A stretch of DNA of 60,000 bases from Felis catus. Its lineage: Eukaryota. The notes beneath the pieces were generated by a model. The model made no database searches. It saw nothing but the letters and a program-made list of their open reading frames with translations, and was not told the origin of the DNA. Shown here in pieces: positions 1-12,880 of this stretch. The position numbers and the translations under genes are program-made. Position 1 is the first letter of the stretch. Each line of letters starts with the position of its first letter. Location: NCBI RefSeq assembly GCF_018350175.1, contig NC_058369.1:4032001-4092000 (forward strand). Reading direction: 5' to 3'.

Positions 1-39
1 GCATTTTGCCTTTTACTGTAAGCGCAACGCAAAGCCCAT

Positions 40-450
40 GTATCTGGGTTCCCCTGAGACAAGGATTCGGGTACAAGCAGTTGACGGGGTAAGTGATTCC
101 AGGAAGCCCAGGAGGGCCGTGGGATAGTGAGAGAGGGAGGGGAAGGAGCCAGAAATGGGGGTGGGGGGAAGGCGGCACTCATGAGCAGGTGACCGTGGTA
201 GGCAGAGGGGGTCAGTCCCATCCGGGACTTCTGGGAGACAGCGCAGAGGGGGGAGGGAGCTGGGGTATTTATGCTCCAGCCACCGGCCGGAGGCTACGAG
301 AGGGAGTGACAGGATTCTGCAACACTTCTAGCCTGCACGGGCGTGAGCAAAGCAGGTTCAGGCGGAGGGTCAGAGCTGGGATGCCAGCCAGCAGCACGGG
401 GAGCTGGTGGGGGGGACCAGGGGACCCCGGAAGGCCATCGACGGCATCGG
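40..450 (-). mobile_element. Old ERVL-class LTR (LTR33/LTR16-like)
   Basis: ctgagacaaggattcgggtacaagcagtt...tgattccaggaagc motif; a related copy lies at about 35015-35300. Confidence 0.5.
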
Positions 451-469
451 CCACAGGGCCTTTACCCTT

Positions 470-672
470 GCACTGACCGATACAGCAGCCGCTAGCTATG
501 CGTGGCTATTTCAGTCCATTTCAATGAAGCAAAATTGAACTCAGTTGCTCGTTCACATGCGCCACGATCCAAGTGCTCCACAGGGAGCACACAGGGGCGG
601 TGACGGTATGGGGCGGCACAGGTCTAGAACATTCCATCCTCAACGAAACATTCTACTGGGCAGTCCTGCGCT
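470..672 (-). mobile_element. MER3 hAT-Charlie DNA transposon
   Basis: cagccgctagctatgcgtggcta...agaacattccatc...attctactgggcag matches MER3 structure. Confidence 0.7.
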
Positions 673-2479
673 GGAGCATTTTAAGCGAGGGAGGGACACA
701 ACCCGATAGAGGGTCGAGGAAAACCCTGCTGGCTGCTGAGGAAAAGCAGCCGGTTGGGGTTAAAAACGGAAACCGGGAGCCTAGGGAGGAAGCAATCGGG
801 GTGGATGTAACAGAGGCTCGGACCAGTGCAGTAGCAGGCAGGGGTGGGGCAAAGCTTGTCGGAAGCAGCATCACGGCGTGGGGGGGGGGAGCCGCGTGAC
901 CATCTGAAGGTAAGAGGAGGAAGGGGAGGGGAGTCTGGCCCCTGCTGTGAGCCCCAGGTGGGAACAGGATGGCCGTCCCCAGGACGGGGACCCGGGAGAG
1001 GAAGCCACTTCAGAGATGGACACGGAGTTCCGTCTGGGCCCTGCTGGGCCTGAAGGTCAGGGGAAAACCCAGGGGGCAGCCGGGCTCCGATGGCAGAGGC
1101 CGGGGTAGACACAGGAATCTGGGCCCGCGGGGCCCGCTGGCCACAGGCCCAGCTGGCAACCACTGGGCCGTGATGTAACTCGTCAGGCAGAAGCAAAGCC
1201 TCGTCCCCAGGCTCGAAGGCACAGCTTGCCTAAATGCTAACAAGTTTTGCCTCCAAATGGTGGCGGGGTGTGTGCGTGTGTATGTGTGTATTTAATTCTG
1301 GAATGAATTTAATTCTAATTCCGCCGACTTTGGGGATGGGAAACAGCTGTCTTAATGAGTTAAACAGTGGGTTTAAAATAGCGAGCATCTGTTCGCCGTC
1401 TGAGCCAGCACCCGCCGAGGCCACTCGGAGGCTCCGAGCTTCCAGTTCGGGGGCCCTGGCTGCGGCTCTGGGGACGGGAGGGAACACGGCCCAGGATGTG
1501 GATTCAAATCCAGCCCCACCACTGGGGAGATCGCCGCCCCCGACCCCGGGGGGTTTCTGCTGACGTACCTGTACCAAGGGGGCTGTGTGCCCACCACACT
1601 GAGCGGGACCCTGTGCTGGGACCACAGCCGTCAGACGGGTCCTGCGGGGCGGCAGACCATGAGCACAGACCCCTGGCTGTGCGGCCCGAATCCCTCGTCT
1701 GGAAGTGGAGATAACCTCGTCAGTGTCCTCGTCTGGAAGTGGAGATAACGACAGTTCCTAACTAACGCAGGGAGTTGTGGGGGGAAAAAAAAGTTGAAAG
1801 GAGCTACCACAGGTTAAATGCGTGCCTGGAACAGTGCCTGACAGACAGTAAATAAATATATAACAGAATTTCAAGGAGCAAAGAGGCCCAGGGAGAGGAA
1901 ATAACGCCACAGAGAGGCCTGGGTGGGGCTGACTTGGATGGGGAAGTCAGGGAGGTGAGCGGTCCAAGCAGCGGGCACAGCAGGTGCGAAGGCCCTGAGG
2001 CAGGCCCATGTTTGGAGACAGCGTGAATAAGGAGGAGGCCAGTGTGGCCGGAACAGAAGGAGCAGGGCCAGAATTCAGACCCGGCTTTGGTTGCATTAAA
2101 GGGGTTTCAGTTTTCTCCCAAAGGCACTAGGGAGCCACTGAGGGTTTCAGGCAGAGGGGGAGTGAATCCGATTTGCAGCCAGACTTCTGGCTCTCGTCGT
2201 CCGGGCTTCTGTGTACATTTATTGAGCACCTACCGGAAACCAGGGCCTCAGGGGACAACACCGTGCGGAATGAGACTTGCTCACGGCCAAGTTGAGAGAA
2301 AGGGAGATACTGGGTACGCCCACGAGCTTCCATTCACAGCTTGGCGTGGGGGTTTGAGTCCCAGCTCTGCCACCGTCCTGAGGCCCCCCCTTCTTGTCAC
2401 GGAGTTGCCTCACGGATGGAACCAGACCTACGCCTAGACTTTCACGCGCACGGCCGTCAAATTTCAAACGCATAGCCCT

Positions 2480-3390
2480 AATCTTAAAAAGTGGACCGCG
2501 CCCCAACCATACGACCCAGGAATCCCACTGCTGGGATTTACCCAGGAGAGACGGGAGCCCCCGTCCACACACAGACATGCACCCTCCTGTTCAGGGCGGT
2601 AGTATTCCCAGTTTTTTGTTGTTGTTTGAAAGTAGGGGTTTCTTCTCTTTTTTTTTGAGAGCGAGAAAGAGACGCCGAGCGAGAAAGCGCGCCTAAGCGG
2701 GTGAGAGGCAGAGAGTGAGGGAGACACAGAATCCAAAGCAGGTTGTGGGTGCAAAGCCTGATTGATGCAGGGCTCGAACCTACGAACCGTGAGATCATGA
2801 CCCGAGCGGAAGCCCGGCGCTCAACCCACTGGGCCCCCCACCCCCCACCCAGGCGCCCCAAGCGCGGCAGTATCCCCAACAGCCCAACCCGGAAGCCACC
2901 CAAACGTCCACCGACAGGTGAGTGAATGAGGAAGCAGCGATTCATGCCAACCATGGAACATTCCTCAGCCAGAAAAAGAAAACAGAGCCCGGAGACACAC
3001 AGCAACCCAGAGGAACCTCAAAGCCATGAAGCTGGGCCCCAGGAGCCGCGCTCAAAAGGTGCTCTCTATAGAACAGCTAGAAAATGCAAACGAATTTATA
3101 AGGACTTCAAGCAGATCGGTGGTTGCCTAGGAAGGGGTGGGGGCGGGGGGTGGGACAGCATGGAGGATACTGGGGGGACGCAGGGATGAAGACCTTTGGG
3201 GTGAAGGCGTGAAGGACGCGCGCGCTCACCGTCCCGCTGGCTTTACGCGCGGCAGCGAGCCGTGCACACGCGCGCATGCGCGCGCCCGCGAGTGCTCACG
3301 TGCGAGAGAATACGTCCAACTGCGCCCGTCCAATATTTGCAGGTTTTTGCCTGCCAGCCCCCCCCCCCCCAAAGCTGTAAAAACAAAGTG
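2480..3390 (+). mobile_element. L1M 3' end fragment interrupted by a SINEC
   Basis: catacgacccaggaatcccactgctgggattta...aaacgtccaccgacaggtgagtg...gtggttgcctagg are typical L1M 3' motifs. Confidence 0.7.
2640..2859 (-). mobile_element. SINEC (feline Can-SINE)
   Basis: gagagtgagggagacacagaatcc...gaaccgtgagatcatgacc...ccaggcgcccc. Confidence 0.9.
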
Positions 3391-5179
3391 AGACAACTAC
3401 GAAACATTCACTTAGCTCAGCACCCAGGGTGCAGGGGGTTCCGGCTGGGTTGCAGACTCCGTGGCCCTAATGGTGAAGGGGCCTGGGGGTGGGGGGCGGG
3501 GCATCCCAGGGGAAGCTCGTCCAGGGTCACGAGCTTGCCCGCATTCCTCCCCCTCTGCACGCCCTCCGCCGGGAGCAGGAGCCTGGGCCTCGCCAGCCTG
3601 CGCTTCCCCCGCCCGGGGCCGCCGCCGAAAGTAATTTCTTAACGCGCTGCTCTCTGCCAACGAGACGCAAGATTAATTACAGCCACAAACACACTGGGCA
3701 CCACCTAAATATTTCATAGATCTGCGTGTGCGCGCACACACGCACACGCTCACACGCAGCCAGCGGGCTGGCTCTTGGTTTTTTTCTGTTTTTCTTTTGC
3801 TTTTCTTTAAAGGGGGCTGCAGGCAGACACGTGGGGAGACTCCTCTCCCCTCCCCTCTTCTCTCCTGGGTCTTTCCTCCCTTCCTCCCCCCAGAGGGGTC
3901 TCCAGGGGGTGGGAGCCTTCTTAGGGTTCAAGGAAAGGATCAGTTCCCCTGGCTGTCTCTGTGCAAGGCGCCGGCTGTGCTCGTAGACTGGAAGAGGTGG
4001 CAGGGCCTCTTGGCCATGACCTTGCTCTTGGGAAAAACCGGAGGCCCCTGGGTCATGAGGGGAGATGGCCAAGAGTCCCCTCCCCCTTCCCGAAGAGCCA
4101 GTCAACGTGCATTTCTTCGCGTGGCAGGCGATCACTGGGGCACCGAGTGGGGACAGGATCAGAGAGACCCCTCGACTCCTCGGCTGTGTAACCTTGAGTC
4201 AGTGCCTTCCCCTCTCTGAGACTTGGTTTCCCCATCTGCAAAATGGGGGGATGACAGTTCCCTATGTCGCAGGGCTGCTGTGAGGCCCAAATTAGATATA
4301 AAATCCCTATAAAGTCCTCAGCCTGCCACAAAATATACACATCTGAGGTTTGATCGATGCGGCTCTCACGAGGGAGGCACGATTACTGTTTGTTGAGCTC
4401 CGGGCCCTGTCCCGGGGGTGGAAATGGAACAGCAAAGGAGACGGCCCCAGCTCTTACACCCCTCCCCATGCCCAGACTTCACCTCTTCTTTTTTCACCCT
4501 TGCACTTTATATATGGAGGCTCACGGGGACTCCGCGCGGGACGTGGACAAAGGAACTCAAAGATGCCTCAGCAATCTCAAGGCCTCTTCTTTTTGCTGAT
4601 GGGGAGACTGAGGCCCAGGGAGGGGGCAGGGAGGGCTCCCAGGCCTCCACCCCCGAGCCCAGCCCTCAGTCTCAAGTGGGGCTCCGCATAGGCCCGGTCG
4701 AGTCCTCGCCCGTCCCCAGCCCTGCAGCCACAGGAGCTGCCTGCCTGCAATTTACCAAATGTGACAGGGTCTTGGCCCCGATGGTACAGCCTGAGCCAGT
4801 GGCACCTGCAGGGCCATCACCTCCCGCTCCCGGGTCTGAGCGATGGACCGAGGGAGCGAGAGTCGGGCAGGTACCGTTGGTCAGGGGACAGCTGGGGACT
4901 CTCACCGACCCCAAGGATGGGCAGATCGGGACCTCGCTAGCCAGCTATGGAAACTGAGGCTCCGAGGACAGAAAGTAAGTCGTCCTGGATCATATGGGTA
5001 TTCGTCGGAGTCCCCCTGGTTGCTGGGCCGGGGGGCTGCAGAAGAGCCTTCCTGGGGCTCATGCCCAGTGGGGAGGATGCACAGCAAACAATAAACACTA
5101 CAAATAATCGTGTGGTGTGTTGGTGTTACGGGGAGAGGGAGCAGGGAGAGGGGGATGGGATGGGGACCGGGCCTCACTG

Positions 5180-5530
5180 AAGGGGTGACATCGGAGCAGA
5201 CAGCCCAGGGAGGTCGGAAAAGTAGCCAGGTAGCTGGAGGAAGGGCATTGCAGGCAGAAGGTCCGCCCATGCAAAGGTCCTGGGGCAGGAGTGGGTCTGG
5301 TGTTCTCCAGAAAAAGCAAGGAGACCAGTGTGGCTGAAGCAGTGTGAGGAAAGGGGAGAGAGCGGGGAGGGGAGGACAGGAAGGGGACAGGAGCGGGTCC
5401 TGTAGGGCCTCAGGGACCGCAGGGAAAACTCGGGCTTTCCCCCCAGGAAGGTGGGAGCCCTGGAGGGCTGCTGGCAGAGGAGGGGGGACCTGACTCGAGT
5501 GCTCATGGGCACCCTCTGGTGGCCGCTATG
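5180..5530 (-). mobile_element. L2-derived segment with CTCF-like motif at 5507-5525
   Basis: L2-type tgcaaaggtcctggggcagg...gtggctg motifs, then gggcaccctctggtggccg. Confidence 0.6.
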
Positions 5531-5866
5531 GGGCGGGAGGGGGCAAATTTAGCACAGGTGGTCTGGGAAGAAATCTCTAGAGAGGTGCGCTTTGAACTCG
5601 AGGTGAGTGAGCAGCCACCCTGGAAAGACCTAGGGTGAGAAAGGGCACACCAGGCAGACGTCACGGCCAGAGCAAAGGCACTGAGGCAGGAACAAGCTTG
5701 GACTGTGTGGAGTAGCACCGAGATGGAATGAGATGGGAGGGGACAAGATCGGGACCACGCAGAGCCCTGTGGGCCCCAGGGAGGAGTTTTGGTTTTAGTG
5801 GAAGGCAACAGGGAGCCATGGGAGGGCTTTGAGCAAGGGGGGGGGGGACACAATATGATGGATGAT

Positions 5867-6705
5867 GTGGTAGACAGAATAATATCCCCGAAAGGATGTC
5901 TCCACCCTAATCCTTCGAACCCACGAGTACGGCACCTTACGTGGTGCAGTGGGGTAAACAGTGTCCCCCCAAAGTTCAGACCCACCCAGAAGCCCAGAAT
6001 ATCACCTTATTCGCAAATAGCGTCTGCAGACGTAATCAGTTGCGGATCTCGGCATGGAATCATCTGGGTCCAGGGTGAGCCTTAAATCCAATGACCGGTG
6101 GGTGTCCAGGCAAGAAGAGGAGAGGACCCAGAGACCAGGAGAGAAGCTGGAGGCAGAGGTGGCGGGTGGCGGCCACAAGCCCAGGAACACCTGGGGCCAC
6201 CTGGAGCCGGAAGAGGCGGGAAGGACCCTCCCCTAGAGCCTTGGGAGCGAGCGCGGCCCTGCCCACAACTGGATCTCCGACTTCCGGCCTCCAGAACCTC
6301 CAGAGAATAAATCTTTGTTGTTTTAAGCCATCCATTTGCGGTACTTTGTTACGGCGGCCCCCAGGAGAAAGGAAATTTGCGAGTGTCCCTGGAGGAAGGA
6401 TGTCGACATGAGGAAGTTTCGATCAGCCATTGGGCCCCATGTGATCACCTCCGGCAGAGACATGGGCAGACCCAGTGCTGCTGGCCCTGGAGCAGGGGCC
6501 ACCGGCCAGGGATGCGGCGCCTAAAGCGGGGGGACGGGCCCCCTCCCTGGATCTCCCGGGAGGAACCAGCCCTGCCCACGCCTGGGTTTTTAGCCCACGG
6601 AATCCCTCGTGGACTTCTGGCCTCCAGGAGCGTAAGATAATAGACGTGTATTGTTAAGCCCCTAAATCTGTGGTCATGTTACAGCAGCCACAGGGAGCTC
6701 GTACG
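5867..6705 (+). mobile_element. MLT1D-like LTR with a nested MLT1C/B-like LTR (about 5945-6368)
   Basis: Two MLT1 starts (tgtggtagacagaataat; tgcagtggggtaaacagtgtcccccc) and two MLT1 ends (ttttaagcc...ttgttacggcggcc; ttaagccc...gttacagcagcc). Confidence 0.7.
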
Positions 6706-6743
6706 GGTGGTTTCAGTGGCCTCCATTTGGAAGGAGCGCCATC

Positions 6744-6912
6744 GGGGGCCCCTGGGTGGCCCAGTCAGTTGAGCGTCTGACTTCGGCTCAGGCCGTGATC
6801 TCGAGGTTCATGAGTTCGAGCCCCGCGTCGGGCTCTGTGCCGACGGCTCGGAGCCTGGAGCCTGCTTGGGATTCTGTGTCTCCCTCTCTCTCGGCCCCTA
6901 ATCCACTCATGT

Positions 6913-6951
<39 letters not shown>

Positions 6952-6966
6952 AAAAAAAAAAAAAAA
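6744..6966 (+). mobile_element. SINEC
   Basis: tRNA-like head ggggcccctgggtggcccagtcagttgagcg, (CT)n tract and A tail. Confidence 0.95.
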
Positions 6967-6974
6967 GATGAAAT

Positions 6975-7690
6975 CTGGCCACGCTGGGCTTACGTTTTCT
7001 TGTGGCAACAGGCTGATGCCAAGAGGTACCACCCCTTTAATTGATGCAGGGGCCTCAGTCCCCCAGGGAGGCCACTCATCTGGGTGACAGTCACCACCAC
7101 CCGCTGACCCGGGAACCTTCCTCTGGTTTAAAAGTGTTAATAATAGTTTGGTGGCTCCTTGATAAGTTACCCATAAAACTACCCTATGACCCAGCAATTC
7201 CGCTCCTGGGGATACGCCCAACCTCGCACACAGGTGCTCACGGCAGCATTATTTATAACAGCCGACAGATGGAAACAACCGGAACGTCCATCTACTGACG
7301 AGCACATGCAGAAAACATGGCCCCTCACACACTGGAATATTCTTTAGCCGCGAGCAGGAGCGAGGCGCCCACCCCCACCGCCCCACGGCCGGACCCTGGA
7401 CACACGACGCTCAGGGAGGGAACCAGACATGAGAGGCCACACGGGGTCTGAGTCCACGTGTGTGAAACGTCGGGAACAGGCTCATCCGCGGAAAGGAAGG
7501 AGGCTCGTGGGGGGCGGGGCTGGGGGAAGGATGGGAGGTGACTGCTGGATGGGGCCAGGGTTTACCCTGGGGTGATGGAGCCTTCTAGAACTAGATAGAG
7601 GTTGCAGTGGCCCAACATGTGAATGTGCTCAATGCCATTAACGGTACATTTCATGGTATGTGTATTTCACACAATAAAAACTTATTTGAA
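6975..7690 (+). mobile_element. L1M (L1MB-like) 3' fragment
   Basis: ccctatgacccagcaattccgctcctggg...tggaaacaacc...ggggtgatggagccttctagaactagatag. Confidence 0.75.
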
Positions 7691-7700
7691 AGTGTGAAAA

Positions 7701-8030
7701 GGGGGGTGCCTGGGTGGTTCAGTGGGTTGACTGTCCAACTCTTGGTTTCGGCTCAGGTCACGATCTTGTGGTTCGTGGGTTCGGGCCCCGCATTGGGCTC
7801 TGTGTTGACAGCACTCTGCTTAGGATTCTGTCTCTGCCCCCATTTCGCTCACGTGTGCTCTCTCTAAACAAACAAACTTTTAAAAATAAAAATAAAAAAT
7901 GTAAAAAAGTGGGGCACCTGGGTGGCTCCGTTGGTTAAGCATCCAAGTCTTGGTCTCAGGGTTGTGAGTTCAAACCCCGTATTGGGTTCCACACTGGCGT
8001 GGAGCCTACTTAAAAAATAAAAAATAAAAA
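7701..8030 (+). mobile_element. Two tandem SINECs (7701-7905; short form 7911-8030)
   Basis: Two ggggy-rcctgggtgg heads, each with an A-rich tail. Confidence 0.9.
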
Positions 8031-8111
8031 CATGCAAAGAAGTAATATTCTGGGGTGCTGAGTCTTCTTTTGGGGTGACGGATGTGTTTTGGAAGGAGAG
8101 AGAAGCAGGGC

Positions 8112-8176
8112 GGCGTTGGGACGCGGCGTTGGGACGCGGCGTTGGGACGCGGCGTTGGGACGCGGCGTTGGGACGC
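8112..8176. repeat. Perfect 13-bp minisatellite (ggcgttgggacgc)x5
   Basis: Five identical copies inside an L1M 3' remnant. Confidence 0.95.
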
Positions 8177-10609
8177 GCTCCACTGGACTGGTGAATTTCG
8201 CCTTACGTTTGTGAATTTCATTTGGATTAAAACAAAGTAACAGTAAAACAAAACAAAATAAAACCCTGGGCAAAAACGCCCTGGCCTTGGGCGAACCCCG
8301 TTGGTAGGCTGGTGCAAATGCTTCCAGAACTTTCTCCTCCCCTGTCATTGTTCTGCAGCTTCCTCTTGCCCCGCCCACGTATCCCAGAGGTCAGTCCACA
8401 TGGGCTCCCAGAGCCGACCCCAACCTTCACCATGTATCCTGCCTGCGTCGTGTTCCCTCATATACGGGCGTCAGGGGCCGCCCACCCCTGGTGGTGAGCT
8501 TCTTTCTGGTGGTTTCCACATATTTGCACTTCAATGCTGAAGCAAAGGTGAATAGGTCTGTAGAAGGTGGGTAGAGACGGAGTTTGGTTTCTTGTGAGTG
8601 TCACTGAATGCCACTGACATCTCCCCTTGTCCCCATATACGTGAGGGTGCTCCTTCCATGTGCTCCTCCCCTGCTCCAAATCCTCCCAGGGCTCCCTAGT
8701 GCCCCTGGACTAAAACCTGAAATCCTCCCTGCGGCCCCAAAGGCCCTGCACGACCTGCCCCGTCTCCTCCCCTCTCCCCTGCTGCCTCACTCTGCTCCAG
8801 CCACACGGGCCTCGCGGTTTCTCCTTCACGCCAGGCACGGTCCTGCCCCAGGGCATTTGCACAAGCTGTACTCGCTGCCTGGATTTCTCTTGCCGCTCAC
8901 CCCCTTCTCCAGGCAAACTCCTCATTCTGCAAACCACAGCGCCAATGACATTTGCTCATTCCACACGCATCGAGGGGAGAGAGAAAGGGGAGGGTGTCGG
9001 GGTGAGAATGTGGGACTGTCCAAGGGAAGAGGCCAGGTAGAGACTGGTGAGGAGGGGGGTGAGGAGCCAGGCCTGGACCCTGGTGAAGGGAGGGAGGGGG
9101 CTGGAGGCCGAAAAGTCTGCTGGGCCGGGTGGGGCCAGCTGGCCCCCGTCGTGTGGAGCCCCCCCACCCCGGCCCCCCACCAACGTGCTAGCTCTCGCAC
9201 ATCAACACTCGCCAGAGATGCGGCAAGTATTTTCTCTCCGGCTGACACTTTTGGCAAAATACAATCGCTCCAGCTTTTTTCCTGTGCAAAAAACATGTCC
9301 ATCAACACCGTCCCCGCGGTGCCTGCAGGAAAAGGAGGCCGCTGAATCTGGTCCGGGGATTGCAAGAGGGGCTCCGGGGAGGGGGAGACGCAGCTGCCTC
9401 GTCTCTCTCTGCGGTTGGAGGGCGACAGAACGATAGGAAAAATGGTGGCTGCTCGCTGAGCGCTCGGTCAGAGCCAGATGCGCCCCTGTCTGCCCGCCCA
9501 GCTCCACGGGTATCGTGAGCCCCGTTTTTCAGATGAGGAAGCTGAGCCCAGAGAGGGGAAGACACATCCCCACGGCCACACAGCAGAGCCAAGATTTGAA
9601 GCCAGACCGTACTTCACTTCCCCAAAGATGCCTGGAACAGCTCCTGCCCAGACGAGAGGGGGGAGGAAAGACAAGGGAGGTTGAGGGATCAGCACACGCA
9701 AGGGCTTCAGGCGGGCGCCATTCACCAGCTTCAGGTGTGTCCAGCAGCCCTCAATTAAATCAGTCTGTGGCCATGTGGCGCCTAGGAGATGGAATGCTCT
9801 TGGCGTCCCCTCGCTGGCCAGTCATACCTTCTTCGACTGCCTCCATCGTCCCCGTCACATCCGAGTCCCCACAGACCCCTAAGCCAGGGGTGCATGTGAG
9901 CCGTGCAACCTGAAGCAAATTGCCTAACCTCTCTGGGCCGCAGTTTCCCTGTTGGTTAAAATAGAAAACAAATCCGTGCCTCCCCATTAAAACAGCTAAC
10001 GTTCCAAAACCACTTTGGACGCGGCCTGGCACGCCGTAGGTGCTTAGCGATGTGGAATATAATTAGATAAAGTGATTCCTGACCAAGGACTGGGCTGCCC
10101 CGGGGGCATCTTCCTTTCTGCCCGCCCACCCACCCAACCCGGGGAAAGTTCCGACCTCTAGAAAGGCAACAGGAAGATGGCTCCGGTCCTGGAGTCCCAG
10201 CTGCTGCCTGTTCTCATAGCAAGGGACTGACTTTTCTAGAACGGTGCCCCTCCTCCTAGTTTCCATCCGGAGCCAGCACCGCCGCATAAATCCCGCTTTA
10301 TGGCTGTTATTGACGGGGAGCGGGGAGAGCAGCCCTAGCGAGGCCCAATTAATTTTCCCGTCTGGCATCTGTGTGCCGGGTGAATTTCTGAGCTCCTGGA
10401 GGGAGGGGACAGAGCGAGCTGGGGACAGGCCAGGCTGAGGACAAGGTCGTGGGCAGGCGGGGGCATTCTAGACCCCCGTCCTAGGAGCACTGTTCGGGGA
10501 GTCCCAGACTCGGAACCCCACGCTCTCGTCTGGAGCGTAGAACAGAACGTGGCTCTAAATCCTGAGGATAGGGCAGGGTTGGCGATTTTTAATTGGGATA
10601 AAAGCGAGA

Positions 10610-10965
10610 GTTTCACTGCAGAGACGTTTGAGCAAAAAACACAAAGGAAGTGAAAGAGGGAGGAAGAGCTTGCCAGCAGCGGGAACAGCCAGTGCAAAGG
10701 TCCTGGGGCAGGACCCTGCTAACATGTCCAGGGACCAGGGAGGAGGCACGTGTGGCTGGAGCAGAGAGATGGAGGGGGAGAGAGGGAGGAGGGGAGGGGA
10801 GAGAGGGAATGGGGGCAGGTCACACAAGGGCTTCTGGGACTCAGAGAGGACTTGGGCCTTCCCCTCCCCCCTCCCCCCAGGAAGGTGGGAGCCCTGGAGG
10901 GCTGTGGGCGGAGGAGGGCGGGACAGGACTCACAGGCGCCCTCTGGCGGCTGTGAGGAGAACAAT
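10610..10965 (-). mobile_element. L2-derived segment with CTCF motif at 10934-10952
   Basis: gggaacagccagtgcaaaggtcctggggcagg...; aggcgccctctggcggctg. Confidence 0.6.
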
Positions 10966-11067
10966 TCGGAGATCCACAGTGAAAACAAAACCCAGTGACT
11001 AAATTCTCCTGCTTCGGGGCCCCAAGCTGTGAGCCCACGGCCTCCTCTCTCTTTAAAAGGAAAATCA

Positions 11068-11270
11068 GGGGCGCCTGGGGGGCTCAGTCGGTTAAGCGTC
11101 CGACTTCGGCTGAGGTCATGATCTCGTGGTTTGTGAGTTCGAGCCCCGCGTCGGGCTCTGTGCTGACGGCTCGGAGCCCGGAACCTGCTTCGGATTCTGC
11201 GTCTCCCTCTTCCTCTGCCCCTCCCCCACTTGCACTCTCTCTCTCAGAATAATAAATAAGCATTACAAAG
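11068..11270 (+). mobile_element. SINEC
   Basis: ggggcgcctgggggctcagtcggttaagcgtccgacttcggct... Confidence 0.95.
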
Positions 11271-11414
11271 CATTTTTCAAAAAGTTTTAGAAGGATGGAA
11301 AGGGAATTGAAGAGAATCTATGTTCCCTTTCTTTGGTGTAATGAGAGAATGGTTAAGCGGTGGTGTATCAGTTAGCAACTGCTGCGTGACAGATTCTCCG
11401 AAACAGCAACTTCA

Positions 11415-11658
11415 ATTTTTTTTATGTTTATTTATTTTTTTTTAATTTTTTTTCAACGTTTATTTATTTTTGGGACAGAGAGAGACAGAGCATGAACGAG
11501 GGAGGGGCAGAGAGAGAGGGAGACACAGAATCGGAAGCAGGCTCCAGACTGCGAGCTGTCAGCACAGAGCCCGACGCGGGGCTCGAACCCACAAACCGTG
11601 AGATCGTGACCTGAGCCGAAGTCGGACGCTCCACCGCCTGAGCCCCCCAGGCGCCCCT
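11415..11658 (-). mobile_element. SINEC (young SINEC_Fc-like)
   Basis: aacgtttatttatttttgggacagagagagacagagcatgaacg...ccaggcgcccct. Confidence 0.95.
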
Positions 11659-11802
11659 CAGCTACTTCTCTGCTCTCATCCCCTAACTCTGAGCCCCCCT
11701 TTATGACCTCAAGACTAAGCACAACAACTACAATGATAGTAATCATGACATTTGTTGAGCACTTTCTGTGTGCCAAGCCTTACTGAAAATGCTATAAATA
11801 CA

Positions 11803-12070
11803 TCAGGGTCGGCCCAAGGTCAAATACAGCCTCCCCCCTGGTTTGTTTTTTTTTTTTTTACATTTTTAAATGGTGGGGGAAGAAAAATCAAAGAATAATA
11901 TCTTGGGCCACCCAAAAATGATGAAATTCAAACTTCAGGGTCCGTGAATCAAGTTTTTTGGCACACAGCCACTCATGGCATCTGTTGCGCGATGGCCGAG
12001 TGGACCGTAGGGCCTGCAAAGCCTAAAATTGGGACTTTCTGGCCCTTTCCAGAAGGCTGGTGGTCCCTGC
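11803..12070 (+). mobile_element. MER58 DNA transposon
   Basis: cagggtcggc...ggcctgcaaagcctaaaat...tctggccctttccagaa...ccctg. Confidence 0.7.
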
Positions 12071-12880
12071 TGTCCGTGCTGTCCGTGTATTAACTCTTTA
12101 TAACAACTCTGTAAGTTAGACACCATTGCTGTCTTTGGTTTATACAGATAGGGAAACTGAGGCACGGGGGGTTAAGTGGCTTGGCTACAGTCTCAGTGGA
12201 TAAGTGGCCAAGCGCAGGTTTGACCCCAGGTCTGCCGGACTGTCCACACAGTGTTCTCAGCTCTACACCATACCTGGCCATGCCCTCTGGGCCCCCCCTC
12301 AGCACTTAGGGCTGAGAGTGCCCGGTTCCAGCTGTTTCTCCCCACCAACCCGGGGAGGAAGTGGGTGGTCAGCCGGTGCCCGAGACAAGCTTCCTCCGGG
12401 CCATCCGGGAAGACAGCCAATTAAGAGCGAGTCAATTAAACAAACTCCATGCTGACCGTTGCCCCGTTTTTCTGACCTCGGCCAAGGGGCTCGCGTTCTG
12501 GACTCAGCCAGAACTTGGGTTCGAGCAAACGCATTTGTGGGCAGATCTGAGAAGGGGCTGCGGGATCAGGAATCCATCCGGAGAACTCAGACCCGGCCCC
12601 CTGGGAGCCTTGATATTGGATCGTATGATCTGAACCCCCTCCCCCCGCTTAGGGAAGGGGGTGCTGCGTGAGTAAACACTGGGAGGGGAGAACCTCTTTT
12701 GCGGAAGGTGAACTGCTCGGTGGGACTGGCAAGTGTGAGCGGAGCAGTGAGGAAAGGAGGCTGTAATTTGCTCATTTTGCCTGTCAATCAAGTAATGAAG
12801 TTGGCTGTTTCTTTGTCGCGTGCCATTGGAGAGATGTGACCCCTGGAAATGGAAAAAGTGTTACCATGCAGACCCTTCCT

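Noticed and set aside
1693..1749. 23-bp direct repeat cctcgtctggaagtggagataac x2
   Set aside because: Small local duplication inside a MIR-like remnant with no functional indication.
7911..8030. tRNA gene (also 54448-54548)
   Set aside because: A/B-box-like heads followed by A-rich tails are tRNA-derived SINEs; no intact cloverleaf is evident.
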